Translations under genes and position numbers: made by a program
Shown: in pieces, positions 45,360 through 54,434 of the stretch
Numbering within the stretch: position 1 is the stretch's first letter
Layout: each line of letters starts with the position of its first letter
DNA from: an uncultured Gammaproteobacteria bacterium
Lineage (GTDB): Bacteria; Patescibacteriota; Microgenomatia; UBA8517
Length of the DNA stretch: 64,000 nucleotides
Direction of reading: 5' to 3'
Assembly: GCA_964568925.1 (NCBI GenBank)
Contig: CAZMSJ010000001.1
Span: forward strand, 1,115 to 65,114
The notes under the pieces: model-generated
The model's database searches: none
What the model saw: only the letters and a program-made list of their open reading frames with translations
Told to the model about the DNA's origin: nothing

Positions 45360-46148
45360 ATGATTGATGAAACGCTCAAAAAGATTGGATTATCAAACGA
45401 AGAAACTGAAGTGTATCTCTCTCTTCTAAACTCCGGGACCGCCAATGCCTCACAAATTGCTAAGCAGACGTCTGTAAAAAGAACAAATGTCTACAATATT
45501 TGCGATAGTCTTATTACGAAAGGACTTGTAACAAAGAAGGCTCTTGCTCGAGGCATGGCATTTACTCCACTATCTCCAGATCACCTTTCGCCACTAGCAA
45601 TTCAACTTGAACAACGAATACAAAATGCAATGACAAGCTTGGAAAATATTCTACCTTCACTTAAAGAGCAATATAAATTAATTGATGAAAGACCAATCAT
45701 TACTGTCTATGAAGGAATTGAAGGTTTAAAGAAAATTTACAAAAACATATTGGAGGAAAAAGATGATATTCTTCTTCTCCGCTCATACTATGATGATAAA
45801 AGAATAGATCTTGATGCAATTGTAATGGCGCAAATTAAAAATCAAGTGAAAAGCGGTATACACGTTCGAACAATAACTCCATTGGAGAATGCAACAAAGG
45901 AAGTTTTTTTTAAGCACGATACCCCTAATTTAGTAAAACGACATATCATTCATTCAACACAATTTGAACTTCCCTCACAAATTATTGTCTATAAAAATAA
46001 AGTAGCAATGATTTCACTGAAAAAAGATATTGTAGCTACTCTCATTGATAACAAAGACATTAGTGACACATTTCGAATGCTCTTTGATTTTATGTGGGAG
46101 AAAACAGAGAAAGAACATGAAGAGATTGTGGCTGAATGGAAAGATTAA
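45360..46148 (+). CDS. TrmB-family transcriptional regulator
   Basis: N-terminal wHTH LGLSNEETEVYLSLLNSGTANASQIAKQTSVKRTNVYNICDSLITKGLV is the TrmB signature. C-terminal effector domain. Confidence 0.6.
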   Translation: MIDETLKKIGLSNEETEVYLSLLNSGTANASQIAKQTSVKRTNVYNICDSLITKGLVTKKALARGMAFTPLSPDHLSPLAIQLEQRIQNAMTSLENILPSLKEQYKLIDERPIITVYEGIEGLKKIYKNILEEKDDILLLRSYYDDKRIDLDAIVMAQIKNQVKSGIHVRTITPLENATKEVFFKHDTPNLVKRHIIHSTQFELPSQIIVYKNKVAMISLKKDIVATLIDNKDISDTFRMLFDFMWEKTEKEHEEIVAEWKD

Positions 46149-48196
46149 AGTGAAGTTTTCCATCCAAGGGCCTTCGGTATTTTTTGTGTAAATCGCTTAA
46201 ACACTTCTTTATTTGACAACCCTTTTTCAAATAAGCCTTGCGTATGGTGTGATAGTCCGAGCTGTTGAAGTTTGTTAACAAAATCAGAGCCCCGAGTTCC
46301 AATATCAAGTGACAAGCCGTATTCATCACAATCAAGTCGTAGATTCACTTTCTTTCCTTCAGCTGACGCAGTGACCCCTAATCGTGATTGACCAGTTTCA
46401 TACTCCTCATCAACTGCCTCTGGTCGAACCGTAAAGGTAACACGAGATGAATCAGAAAAAACATACCGTGCTGAAACACTTGCGTGTTTCTCATCTAATT
46501 TAATTCCAGGATCTTCATGAAATGAAACAACGCCTTCTCCAGAAAAGCCGTTTGAAGCTGAATCAAGTGCTTTTGTGTATAAAGACATCGTGTCGAGTGC
46601 TTCAGTTACTCCTTCTTGCCCAAATTCTGTTGCAAGTAAAATAAAATGTTGTGACCTATATGCAAACGATTGTTTCATTCTCTCCAAAATTATCCGGTCG
46701 GTGTTTGACATGAGTTTTGTTGATTGTAATTTTTCAGTAAGTGTATCTACAAACCGATTTGAAGCATTTCGAATCTTTGTGTACTGCTCAATAACATTTT
46801 TTTGAATATCAGGTGACTGATTTGTTAAATGTAAAACACGGATATCAAGCTCTCCATTTAGATAGGCATCTGCAAAAAGTTGAGCTGAGTCTGGTGCAGT
46901 TTCTAATAGTTCACGTGCTCTGGAATCACCTTTTTTATCTAAGTCCTGAACAAGTAGCATCGCACTTATCTGCTCTGCTGGACTCAAATCAGTAAAGGAA
47001 GATCGCCCTTCTGAACTTAAGCTCGTGCGAAAATCCATAAGTGTTTGAACATGGTCACCAATCATAATCCTATCTTTTCTGGCTCCGCCATGATCCACAA
47101 AAAATGAACCTAATTGTGAAGGGTTAATGACATCAAATGAACCTTGTGGAACAAGCGTAAATGAACGATCTTCTCCTTTGTCATAGGTTATATGGCAATT
47201 TCTCATATTTTCGCTACTTACATGAGCACGAAAAGCGCAACGAACTTCACCATTTACTGATACTGCATATTGATCCTGATAAATTTTAACGACATCTCCA
47301 TCTTTATATTGTGATCCAATAGAGAATCTACGATTCCCAATATTAATTCTCCCATCTTTTGAAACTTTCCGTACCTCAACATCACGATTATGCTCTGAAA
47401 AGTCTTCGACCGAAAGCAATTCATTGCTTTCCCAAAATGTACCTTTCTCTTCCATAAACTTCGTGGGATTATCCCAATTTACATTGTCTGTACCACCTCC
47501 ACGTATTCCTTGACGTACAAACCACGCACCGGATAGCCGCTGTCTGCCTGCCTCAGGATTTCCTGGAATTGCATCCACAAACAAAACTCCACCCTCATTA
47601 CGTCTTCCATTTGCTCTCGCATATACCTCATATGGAATGGCTATATCAAGAAGCGAGGTTTTAGCTGCAAAATCAGACTCAACTGTGGGGTGTCTCCTAT
47701 CCCAATCCATAGGTCGTTCCCACATGCGAATATAGTGATCATTTTTATGCTTAGCAAATGTTTCTGGGGAAAACCCTTCCTTTTCGCTTGGAACAAAAAA
47801 CAGATTTCTCTTCTCAGAGGGTATTGATCCATCAAGGGCTTTAACCGTAACGGGTATCCCTTTAAAGGTCCAATATAATATTTCTGAAGGAGAAAGTGCT
47901 GTCTCTGTATAGTTTATAAGCTCTTGTGCTGAAGTCTTTAGATATGTTTTACGCTTTACGAATGAACCTTCTTTGTTTGTAAAGCCGCGAGTCAGGTAAT
48001 CAAGGTGATTAATAACAACAGAGTCAATATTATTTTGGTCATCTCTTTTAACTTCCAAAAAGCCACGTTGTTGAAAATTGGAGAGCGTTACCTCTTGTAA
48101 TCGCTGTAGTTCGGGATCTTCTGGCCGAGGTATAATTTCTGTTTCAAGAGGCTTCCTTATTTCTGTTTCTATTCTTGGTATTTCGTTATTTTCCAT
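46145..48196 (-). CDS. Large cytoplasmic protein of unknown function (683 aa), last gene of SBP-NTase operon
   Basis: Intact ORF, no TM. 11-nt gap to the upstream gene. No recognisable catalytic motif. Confidence 0.5.
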   Translation of the reverse strand: MENNEIPRIETEIRKPLETEIIPRPEDPELQRLQEVTLSNFQQRGFLEVKRDDQNNIDSVVINHLDYLTRGFTNKEGSFVKRKTYLKTSAQELINYTETALSPSEILYWTFKGIPVTVKALDGSIPSEKRNLFFVPSEKEGFSPETFAKHKNDHYIRMWERPMDWDRRHPTVESDFAAKTSLLDIAIPYEVYARANGRRNEGGVLFVDAIPGNPEAGRQRLSGAWFVRQGIRGGGTDNVNWDNPTKFMEEKGTFWESNELLSVEDFSEHNRDVEVRKVSKDGRINIGNRRFSIGSQYKDGDVVKIYQDQYAVSVNGEVRCAFRAHVSSENMRNCHITYDKGEDRSFTLVPQGSFDVINPSQLGSFFVDHGGARKDRIMIGDHVQTLMDFRTSLSSEGRSSFTDLSPAEQISAMLLVQDLDKKGDSRARELLETAPDSAQLFADAYLNGELDIRVLHLTNQSPDIQKNVIEQYTKIRNASNRFVDTLTEKLQSTKLMSNTDRIILERMKQSFAYRSQHFILLATEFGQEGVTEALDTMSLYTKALDSASNGFSGEGVVSFHEDPGIKLDEKHASVSARYVFSDSSRVTFTVRPEAVDEEYETGQSRLGVTASAEGKKVNLRLDCDEYGLSLDIGTRGSDFVNKLQQLGLSHHTQGLFEKGLSNKEVFKRFTQKIPKALGWKTSL

Positions 48197-48205
48197 AGTT
48201 ACATT

Positions 48206-49006
48206 CTACACTGAAATAACCCCATTCTTCTCTAGGCGCTTCATAACGACATCACCCCAATCAAATGGATGGAAATAAGCAAAATGGAAAGAAAAGACCT
48301 CTCGTGTCACTTTGTGATTCATATAGATAACTTGAAAGTAATATGCCAATACATTCAGTGGTATCAATAAAAACAAAAGACTCTGAGATACAAATGCTTT
48401 TGCTCTTCTAATTGTAATGGCGTTTGGCCAGTACGATAAAACCCATTTATTAGAAGATAGCCACCTCTCAAATGTATTTTTTTTATTGATGAGTGGAATT
48501 ACTTGGGCAACCTCGTGGGCGGTATAGGCATTACGTGGCATACAAGGTAAAGCAAGAGACTTTTCATCTAGCCAAACATTCAAACAAATCCGATCTTTTT
48601 CATCTTTCATAGAGGCTCTCCTCATCTTTACGCCAGAAGCAAGTAACAATAGAAGTGAAATGGCTCGTGTAATCCACAGAGAATGGGCACTCGTTATGAT
48701 CATGAAATCAATATCACTGGTTTCTTTTGCATTCTCCATTGCAAGGGAACCAGTAACACCAACAAACAAAATTGTAGGAATGTGTGAGAGAATTTTTGCA
48801 GCTTTTCGTGCAATCAAGAGCTTCTGCTTTTGAATTGCATCAAGCTTGTTTTGTTCACTCTTACTTAAGGGGGAAAGGTGTGGAGTTACGCTACCAGTTC
48901 TAAGTGTCAACTTGTCTCCGGCAGTCCACCGATGCAAGTTTTTCTTCGACAAATGAAAAGAAAAAAATGAATGATAGATAATTGAGATGCTGTCAGAAGA
49001 TTTCAC
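48206..49006 (-). CDS. Pol-beta-superfamily nucleotidyltransferase
   Basis: GVTGSLAMENAKETSDIDFMII matches the hG[GS]x9-13Dh[DE]h minimal NTase motif. Confidence 0.55.
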   Translation of the reverse strand: MKSSDSISIIYHSFFSFHLSKKNLHRWTAGDKLTLRTGSVTPHLSPLSKSEQNKLDAIQKQKLLIARKAAKILSHIPTILFVGVTGSLAMENAKETSDIDFMIITSAHSLWITRAISLLLLLASGVKMRRASMKDEKDRICLNVWLDEKSLALPCMPRNAYTAHEVAQVIPLINKKNTFERWLSSNKWVLSYWPNAITIRRAKAFVSQSLLFLLIPLNVLAYYFQVIYMNHKVTREVFSFHFAYFHPFDWGDVVMKRLEKNGVISV

Positions 49007-49009
49007 ACC

Positions 49010-50683
49010 TTACTTCTTAACAGCTGGAGGAGGAGCAATCAAGCGGAACTGGACTAATACGCTTTGAACACCGGCTGAAACCGTTTCGAGTACTGATTTT
49101 CCATCAGAAGCTGATGAGCCATTCATTGCGTTTACCCCATCTTCAAAATACTTAGATAGTTGTGAATTAATTCCAGATTGACCATCAAATGTTCGACTAG
49201 CCAAGTACCAACTCTTTGCATTTGTAGCAGTTGCAATTACGCCGTTTACCAATGGATCTGAAGCAATAAGCTCCTGCATATCTCGTCGTGGGTAGAGAGC
49301 TCCAAATGCTCGTACTGCTGTGGCGTTCTTGTACATCTTGGTCAAAGACTCTTTCTCAGACAAGAACTTCAAGAATTTCCAAGCCTCAGTTGAAACTTTA
49401 CTCTGAGAGTTAACACCTTCTACCCAATAGGTTGCGTATGCAATATCAGGGTCCTCTGCTGTTGCCTTTGGAAGTTGTGGAACAGGAACAACACGGAACT
49501 TTAAGGTAGGATTTTGCTGTCTAATTTCATGTGCTCTCCATGAAGGTCCGATGTACATTGCAACTTTTCCTGAAGCAAAGGCAATAGTTGAAGTTGGGAG
49601 GGTGTCATTCCACACACCATATTGCTTAGAGAAAGCAGTGTAGAACTTTAATGCTTGAATTGCGTTCTCCCCTGTTGGGTTTTTTAGGTCCACGCCATTT
49701 TGAATCATCATTAAAGCCAAAATCTCTTGCCAGTTATCAACATTAGCTGTTGTTCCCAAAGAGACACCAGCTTGTTTAATAACCCCTGCTTCATCTTTAA
49801 CCGTCATCTGTTGTGCTAAATCACGAACGTCATACCAGGTAACTGGTGTTGTCTGTCCATAAGTTGTGAAAATATCTTCATTAATGTAGAGCCCTAATCC
49901 GTCATACATTAATGGAATACCAACAAAACCTGAACCTGCAGCAAGATCTGATACAACAACTGGATAGAAAGTCTGAGTAAACTCTTGTGCACTCATCACT
50001 GAAGACGGCATTGTTGAAAGTCGTGAAGAGAACATTGGTACCCAGGTATTGTGGAATCGGAAGATATCAGGTCCATCACCCTTAGCCAGTGCGTTTGTGA
50101 GTCGTTCTCGATAGTCTTCCTTTGACTGCTTTACATATTTAATTTCAACTCCTGGGTTCTTTGTCTGATATTCAGTAATAAGAGGAGTAATAATAGAATC
50201 ATCTTCCCAAAGGCTCCACCAGGTAATAGTGGTCTTTCCACCTGGTAACTTGACTCCTCCACTAATGGCCGCAAACACCCCAACAACACCAAGGACCAAA
50301 ACAAGTAAGAACACAATTATTGCGAGTAACTTCTTTGGGAATTTTCTGCTTGGTGCAATTACCGGTGGTGGTGGAACAGGACTAGCTGACTGAGGGAATG
50401 GAGAGGTCGGTTGTGAACTACTTTCTGTGTTCGCGTTTGCAAGCAAGTCAGCTGGTGGCATATTGCCTTCTAAAGAAACAGTTGGCTGTGATGGTTCTCC
50501 TGAAGGGGTCGGCTCAGGCATAGACATTGGTGATGGTGTGGCTGGCATTGGCTCAGCAGGAGTCGCTGACGTGGCTTCAGGTGTCATTGGTGTCATCGGA
50601 GTCATAGGCGCAGTTGGAGGCGCATCAAAAGACTGAGATACAAAAGGGGAACTAGATTGGTTGGCAGAATTCTTCGGATCCAT
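49010..50683 (-). CDS. ABC-transporter family-1 (sugar-type) substrate-binding protein with Pro/Thr/Met-rich N-terminal tract
   Basis: PMTPMTPMTPEATSATPAEP low-complexity tract, TM anchor, then ITWWSLWEDD...EYQTKNPGVEIKYV typical of cluster-B/family-1 SBPs. Confidence 0.6.
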   Translation of the reverse strand: MDPKNSANQSSSPFVSQSFDAPPTAPMTPMTPMTPEATSATPAEPMPATPSPMSMPEPTPSGEPSQPTVSLEGNMPPADLLANANTESSSQPTSPFPQSASPVPPPPVIAPSRKFPKKLLAIIVFLLVLVLGVVGVFAAISGGVKLPGGKTTITWWSLWEDDSIITPLITEYQTKNPGVEIKYVKQSKEDYRERLTNALAKGDGPDIFRFHNTWVPMFSSRLSTMPSSVMSAQEFTQTFYPVVVSDLAAGSGFVGIPLMYDGLGLYINEDIFTTYGQTTPVTWYDVRDLAQQMTVKDEAGVIKQAGVSLGTTANVDNWQEILALMMIQNGVDLKNPTGENAIQALKFYTAFSKQYGVWNDTLPTSTIAFASGKVAMYIGPSWRAHEIRQQNPTLKFRVVPVPQLPKATAEDPDIAYATYWVEGVNSQSKVSTEAWKFLKFLSEKESLTKMYKNATAVRAFGALYPRRDMQELIASDPLVNGVIATATNAKSWYLASRTFDGQSGINSQLSKYFEDGVNAMNGSSASDGKSVLETVSAGVQSVLVQFRLIAPPPAVKK

Positions 50684-50730
50684 ACAATTACGTAATCATT
50701 TTAGCGCACTATCCTGGTAATATACAAAGT

Positions 50731-52497
50731 ATGACAAAAGTGCCGACAAACAACAAGCATAAAAAGATTCGTGCAACTCACATTGGGGCACTAACGATCT
50801 CAGTTGCTTCAGCTTCTCTTGCCCTCTTTATTATTGTAACAGCAGGACGTGTGTATCCACAGATCTATGTAGAACAAATTCCCGTTGGTGGTCTTTCATT
50901 GAAAGACGCACAAACTGCTATTGAAAATGCTACCTTTGCTGACTCATACCAAGCAATTAAAATCACCGTGCGATCAGGAGAGGAAGTAAAAGACTTCATG
51001 ATTCCCCTTTCAGAGATTGACGCAGTGTATGACAGTAAAGAGACCGCAGTGGCTGCATATGAATATGGGAAAGATCAAGGACTTGTTCACCAAATTAACG
51101 TTGGCCTCTCTCTCCTTCGCGAACGAAAAACAATTCCCTTTGTTGTTTCATTTAATGAAACACTCTTAAAAGAAAAGATTGCCCAAATTGCAGAACAAGT
51201 TGGTGAACCACATACCATCCCCAAGCTAACCATTGTTGGTAATGAAGTCACTGTTATCGATGGAACAAAAGGAATAGAAATTAACCAAGAAGAACTTACC
51301 GCACAGATTGAAACTGCAATTAAAAAACACACCTTTACCCCTATTACGGTCGAAACGGTAGTCGTTGACCCAACACTTGATCCAATTTCAAAAAAAGCAT
51401 TTGAAGAGAAAGGAAAGGCACTCGTAGGAAAGACACTCACGATTACCTTTGATACTGGAAAAATAAAACGAAGTGCACAGGACCTCGCCACAATTATTTC
51501 TCCTGAAGGAGTGCAGCAAACGGCGCTGGCTACATTTACCAAAGACATAGCAGAGCTAATTAATAGACCAGTAACAAACCCCGTGTTCACATTTGAAAAC
51601 GGGAAGGTAAAAGAATTTAAGGCACCTGAACCAGGACTCGAAGTGAAAGAGAATGAAATGAAAGCTCTTATCGCACGATCAGTTGAGACACTCATTCAGT
51701 CTGATACAAAAGAACTATCAATTGAAGCCACTGTGAGTAAGACTAACCCAACTGGAAACATTTCAGACATTAATAGTTTTGGCATCACTGAACAGATTGG
51801 TGTAGGAAACTCAACCTATCGTGGATCAATCCCTGGTCGTATACACAATGTGGCATTGGCCGCTTCAAAAATAAATGGAACACTACTTGCACCAAATGAA
51901 ACCTTTTCATTTAACAAAGTGGTAGGTGATATTTCACAAAAGACAGGATTTCAGCAGGCATATGTCATCTCTGGGGGAAAAACAATTCTTGGGGATGGTG
52001 GAGGAGTATGCCAAGTATCAACGACGCTCTTTCGTGCAGCAATGAATGCTGGACTCCCAATTGTTGAGAGACGACCACATAGCTACCGTGTTGGCTATTA
52101 CGAACAAGATGCAGGACCAGGACTTGATGCAACGGTATTCTCACCTACAACCGATTTCAAGTTTACCAACGACACCGGTCACTATTTGTTAATTCAAGCA
52201 ACGGTTGATAGCAAGAAGACAAGCCTTACGTTTAAGTTCTATGGAACAAGTGATGGAAGAGTAGCTGAAGTAACCAAGCCAGTGATTACAGATCAAATTG
52301 CGCCGCCAGAGGATCTCTATGTAGATGACCCGACGCTAAAGGTTGGACAAACAAAACAGGTTGAACATAAAGCATGGGGCGGACGATCAACCTTTACCTA
52401 CACCGTTAAACGAAATGGTGAAATAGTTACACAAAAAAAGTTTGTGAGTGTCTATCAACCATGGCAAGCGGTGTATATGCGAGGAACGGCACTCTAG
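50731..52497 (+). CDS. VanW-like domain protein
   Basis: N-terminal TM. C-terminal GGKTILGDGGGVCQVSTTLFRAAMNAGLPIVERRPHSY is the VanW core. Confidence 0.6.
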   Translation: MTKVPTNNKHKKIRATHIGALTISVASASLALFIIVTAGRVYPQIYVEQIPVGGLSLKDAQTAIENATFADSYQAIKITVRSGEEVKDFMIPLSEIDAVYDSKETAVAAYEYGKDQGLVHQINVGLSLLRERKTIPFVVSFNETLLKEKIAQIAEQVGEPHTIPKLTIVGNEVTVIDGTKGIEINQEELTAQIETAIKKHTFTPITVETVVVDPTLDPISKKAFEEKGKALVGKTLTITFDTGKIKRSAQDLATIISPEGVQQTALATFTKDIAELINRPVTNPVFTFENGKVKEFKAPEPGLEVKENEMKALIARSVETLIQSDTKELSIEATVSKTNPTGNISDINSFGITEQIGVGNSTYRGSIPGRIHNVALAASKINGTLLAPNETFSFNKVVGDISQKTGFQQAYVISGGKTILGDGGGVCQVSTTLFRAAMNAGLPIVERRPHSYRVGYYEQDAGPGLDATVFSPTTDFKFTNDTGHYLLIQATVDSKKTSLTFKFYGTSDGRVAEVTKPVITDQIAPPEDLYVDDPTLKVGQTKQVEHKAWGGRSTFTYTVKRNGEIVTQKKFVSVYQPWQAVYMRGTAL

Positions 52498-52513
52498 ATG
52501 GTACAATGCGTGC

Positions 52514-53548
52514 ATGAATATTTTAGCAATCGAGACCTCTTGTGATGAAACTTCAGTCGCTGTTGTAAAGGATGGAGTAGATGTCCTCTCATTGTCTATT
52601 GCAAGCTCACAAGCACTTCACGCACAAAGTGGTGGAATCATTCCAGAGAAAGCTGCACGAAAACAAGTAGAGTACATGCTCCCAACACTCTCAGATGCAT
52701 TAAAAACTGCATTCCCCGACATTTCACCAAACGACAATCAATCATATTTTGATCAGATCGACAAAATTGCAGTGACCGTTGGTCCAGGACTCATTGGTTC
52801 CCTCTTAATTGGTGTTGAAACAGCAAAAACGTTAGCTACCTTGTACAACAAGCCCTTAATACCGGTAAACCATATGGAGGCGCACCTGTATGCAAATTGG
52901 ATTAATAAAAAAGAAGAGATTCCCCTCCCCTGCCTTGGCTTAATTGTGTCAGGTGGTCACACTGACATTGTATTAATTACTTCTCACACCGACATAAAAC
53001 GAATTGCAGGAACACGTGATGATGCGGCAGGAGAATGTTTTGATAAGTGCGCTCGCCTCTTGGGACTTGGCTATCCTGGGGGACCGGCAATTGGCAAGGC
53101 TGCAGAACTTTTTATGAAGGAGAACAAAGAGAAGAAACTTACATACTTCCCTCGTGCCTTGTCTCACGACCAAACACTTGATGTCTCCTTCTCAGGACTC
53201 AAGGCTGCAGTCTCTCGAGAAGTTGCTGCTCACTCTGAGGCAGACAAAAATGAATTAGCTGCTGAGATTCAAGAAGCTATTATAGACACCTTACTTACTA
53301 AGTTTGAGTTAGCTATGAGGTTATACAAAACTTCGTCTGTTTTGATTTGTGGCGGGGTTACGGCGAATTCCAGACTCCGTGAAAAATTTACCAAAATGAT
53401 TGCCAGACTCACCCCTCAATTACAGGCTTACATGCCAGATATTTTGTATTGCACCGATAACGCCGCCATGGTTGGAGCACGTGCATTTTTTAGCCCCGAA
53501 ACAATGCCAGTTGCTTCTGTTTCAGCAAATCCAGAACTTCATTTCTAA
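52514..53548 (+). CDS. tsaD: tRNA N6-adenosine threonylcarbamoyltransferase TsaD (Kae1/YgjD)
   Basis: MNILAIETSCDETSVAVV...VSGGHT...LCGGVTANSRLRE. Confidence 0.8.
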   Translation: MNILAIETSCDETSVAVVKDGVDVLSLSIASSQALHAQSGGIIPEKAARKQVEYMLPTLSDALKTAFPDISPNDNQSYFDQIDKIAVTVGPGLIGSLLIGVETAKTLATLYNKPLIPVNHMEAHLYANWINKKEEIPLPCLGLIVSGGHTDIVLITSHTDIKRIAGTRDDAAGECFDKCARLLGLGYPGGPAIGKAAELFMKENKEKKLTYFPRALSHDQTLDVSFSGLKAAVSREVAAHSEADKNELAAEIQEAIIDTLLTKFELAMRLYKTSSVLICGGVTANSRLREKFTKMIARLTPQLQAYMPDILYCTDNAAMVGARAFFSPETMPVASVSANPELHF

Positions 53549-53780
53549 CCAATTGCAGCTGCAGTTAGAGGTTATTCTTCGCATATGTACATAGTGTTCT
53601 TTCACGAACATATTCCAACACGGGTAAAAGCGCCACAGATTGGTAAGTACAAGAAAATGAGAGTGGTTAAAGAAAAAGAATGAATGAGGGGTAGCTGTGA
53701 GGCGTCAGAAGAAACAAACAAAAGAGAAAGGGATTGTCTGTGTAGGGAAAAGTAAAACGAAGAAAATGGAGAAAAACAAA

Positions 53781-53806
53781 AAGAAGCCGGTATTATTTGG
53801 CTTCTT
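53781..53806 (-). terminator. Terminator of rplY (minus strand)
   Basis: aagaagcc-ggtattattt-ggcttctt. The minus strand is followed by ttgtttttctcc. Confidence 0.5.
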
Positions 53807-54434
53807 CAGTCTTTGTTTCAGTTGCTTCAGCTACAGGAGCTTCAGTCGCTGCAGGTGCTTCTTCAATGACTACTTCTTTCTGTGGTGCTTCGATCTTAAC
53901 AACAATCAAATCAGCATCAGTCAAAATTTCAACTTGCTTACTGTCCCCTGCAATATCTTTAACAAAAATTGCTTGGTCAACTTCTACAAGTGAAGTAATA
54001 TCGACGTCAAAATGATCTGGAAGTTCTGTTGGAAGAGCTTCAACTTCAATCTCGTCAATCTGTTGCATCAAGTTTCCGATTCCACTCTTTACTGCAGGGG
54101 ATTCTCCAATAACGTGTACTGGAACGGTAGCTTGAACCTTTTCCTTCAAGTTAACTTTGTGGAAGTCAATGTGGATTGTTTCACCAGTGATTGGGTGAAT
54201 TTGGAATTCAGTAACAAGAACAGGATATGTTTTGTCGTTAACGACAATATCAATAAGTCCAGTTTCTCCTGCAACTTTAAATACTTTCTTAAATTCCTTG
54301 AGGTTAACAGTGATTGCTTCTGACTCAATTCCCTTCGCAAAAATATTAGCTGGTACCAAACCTTCCTTGCGAAGGTTTTTAACAGCTCGCCCTACGATGG
54401 TTCGCTTTTCTGCTGTAATTGTTTGTCGTGTCAT
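53793..54434 (-). CDS. rplY: 50S ribosomal protein L25/general stress protein Ctc
   Basis: MTRQTITAEKRTIVGRAVKNLRKEGLVPANIF...IHPITGETIHIDF. Confidence 0.75.
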   Translation of the reverse strand: MTRQTITAEKRTIVGRAVKNLRKEGLVPANIFAKGIESEAITVNLKEFKKVFKVAGETGLIDIVVNDKTYPVLVTEFQIHPITGETIHIDFHKVNLKEKVQATVPVHVIGESPAVKSGIGNLMQQIDEIEVEALPTELPDHFDVDITSLVEVDQAIFVKDIAGDSKQVEILTDADLIVVKIEAPQKEVVIEEAPAATEAPVAEATETKTEEAK

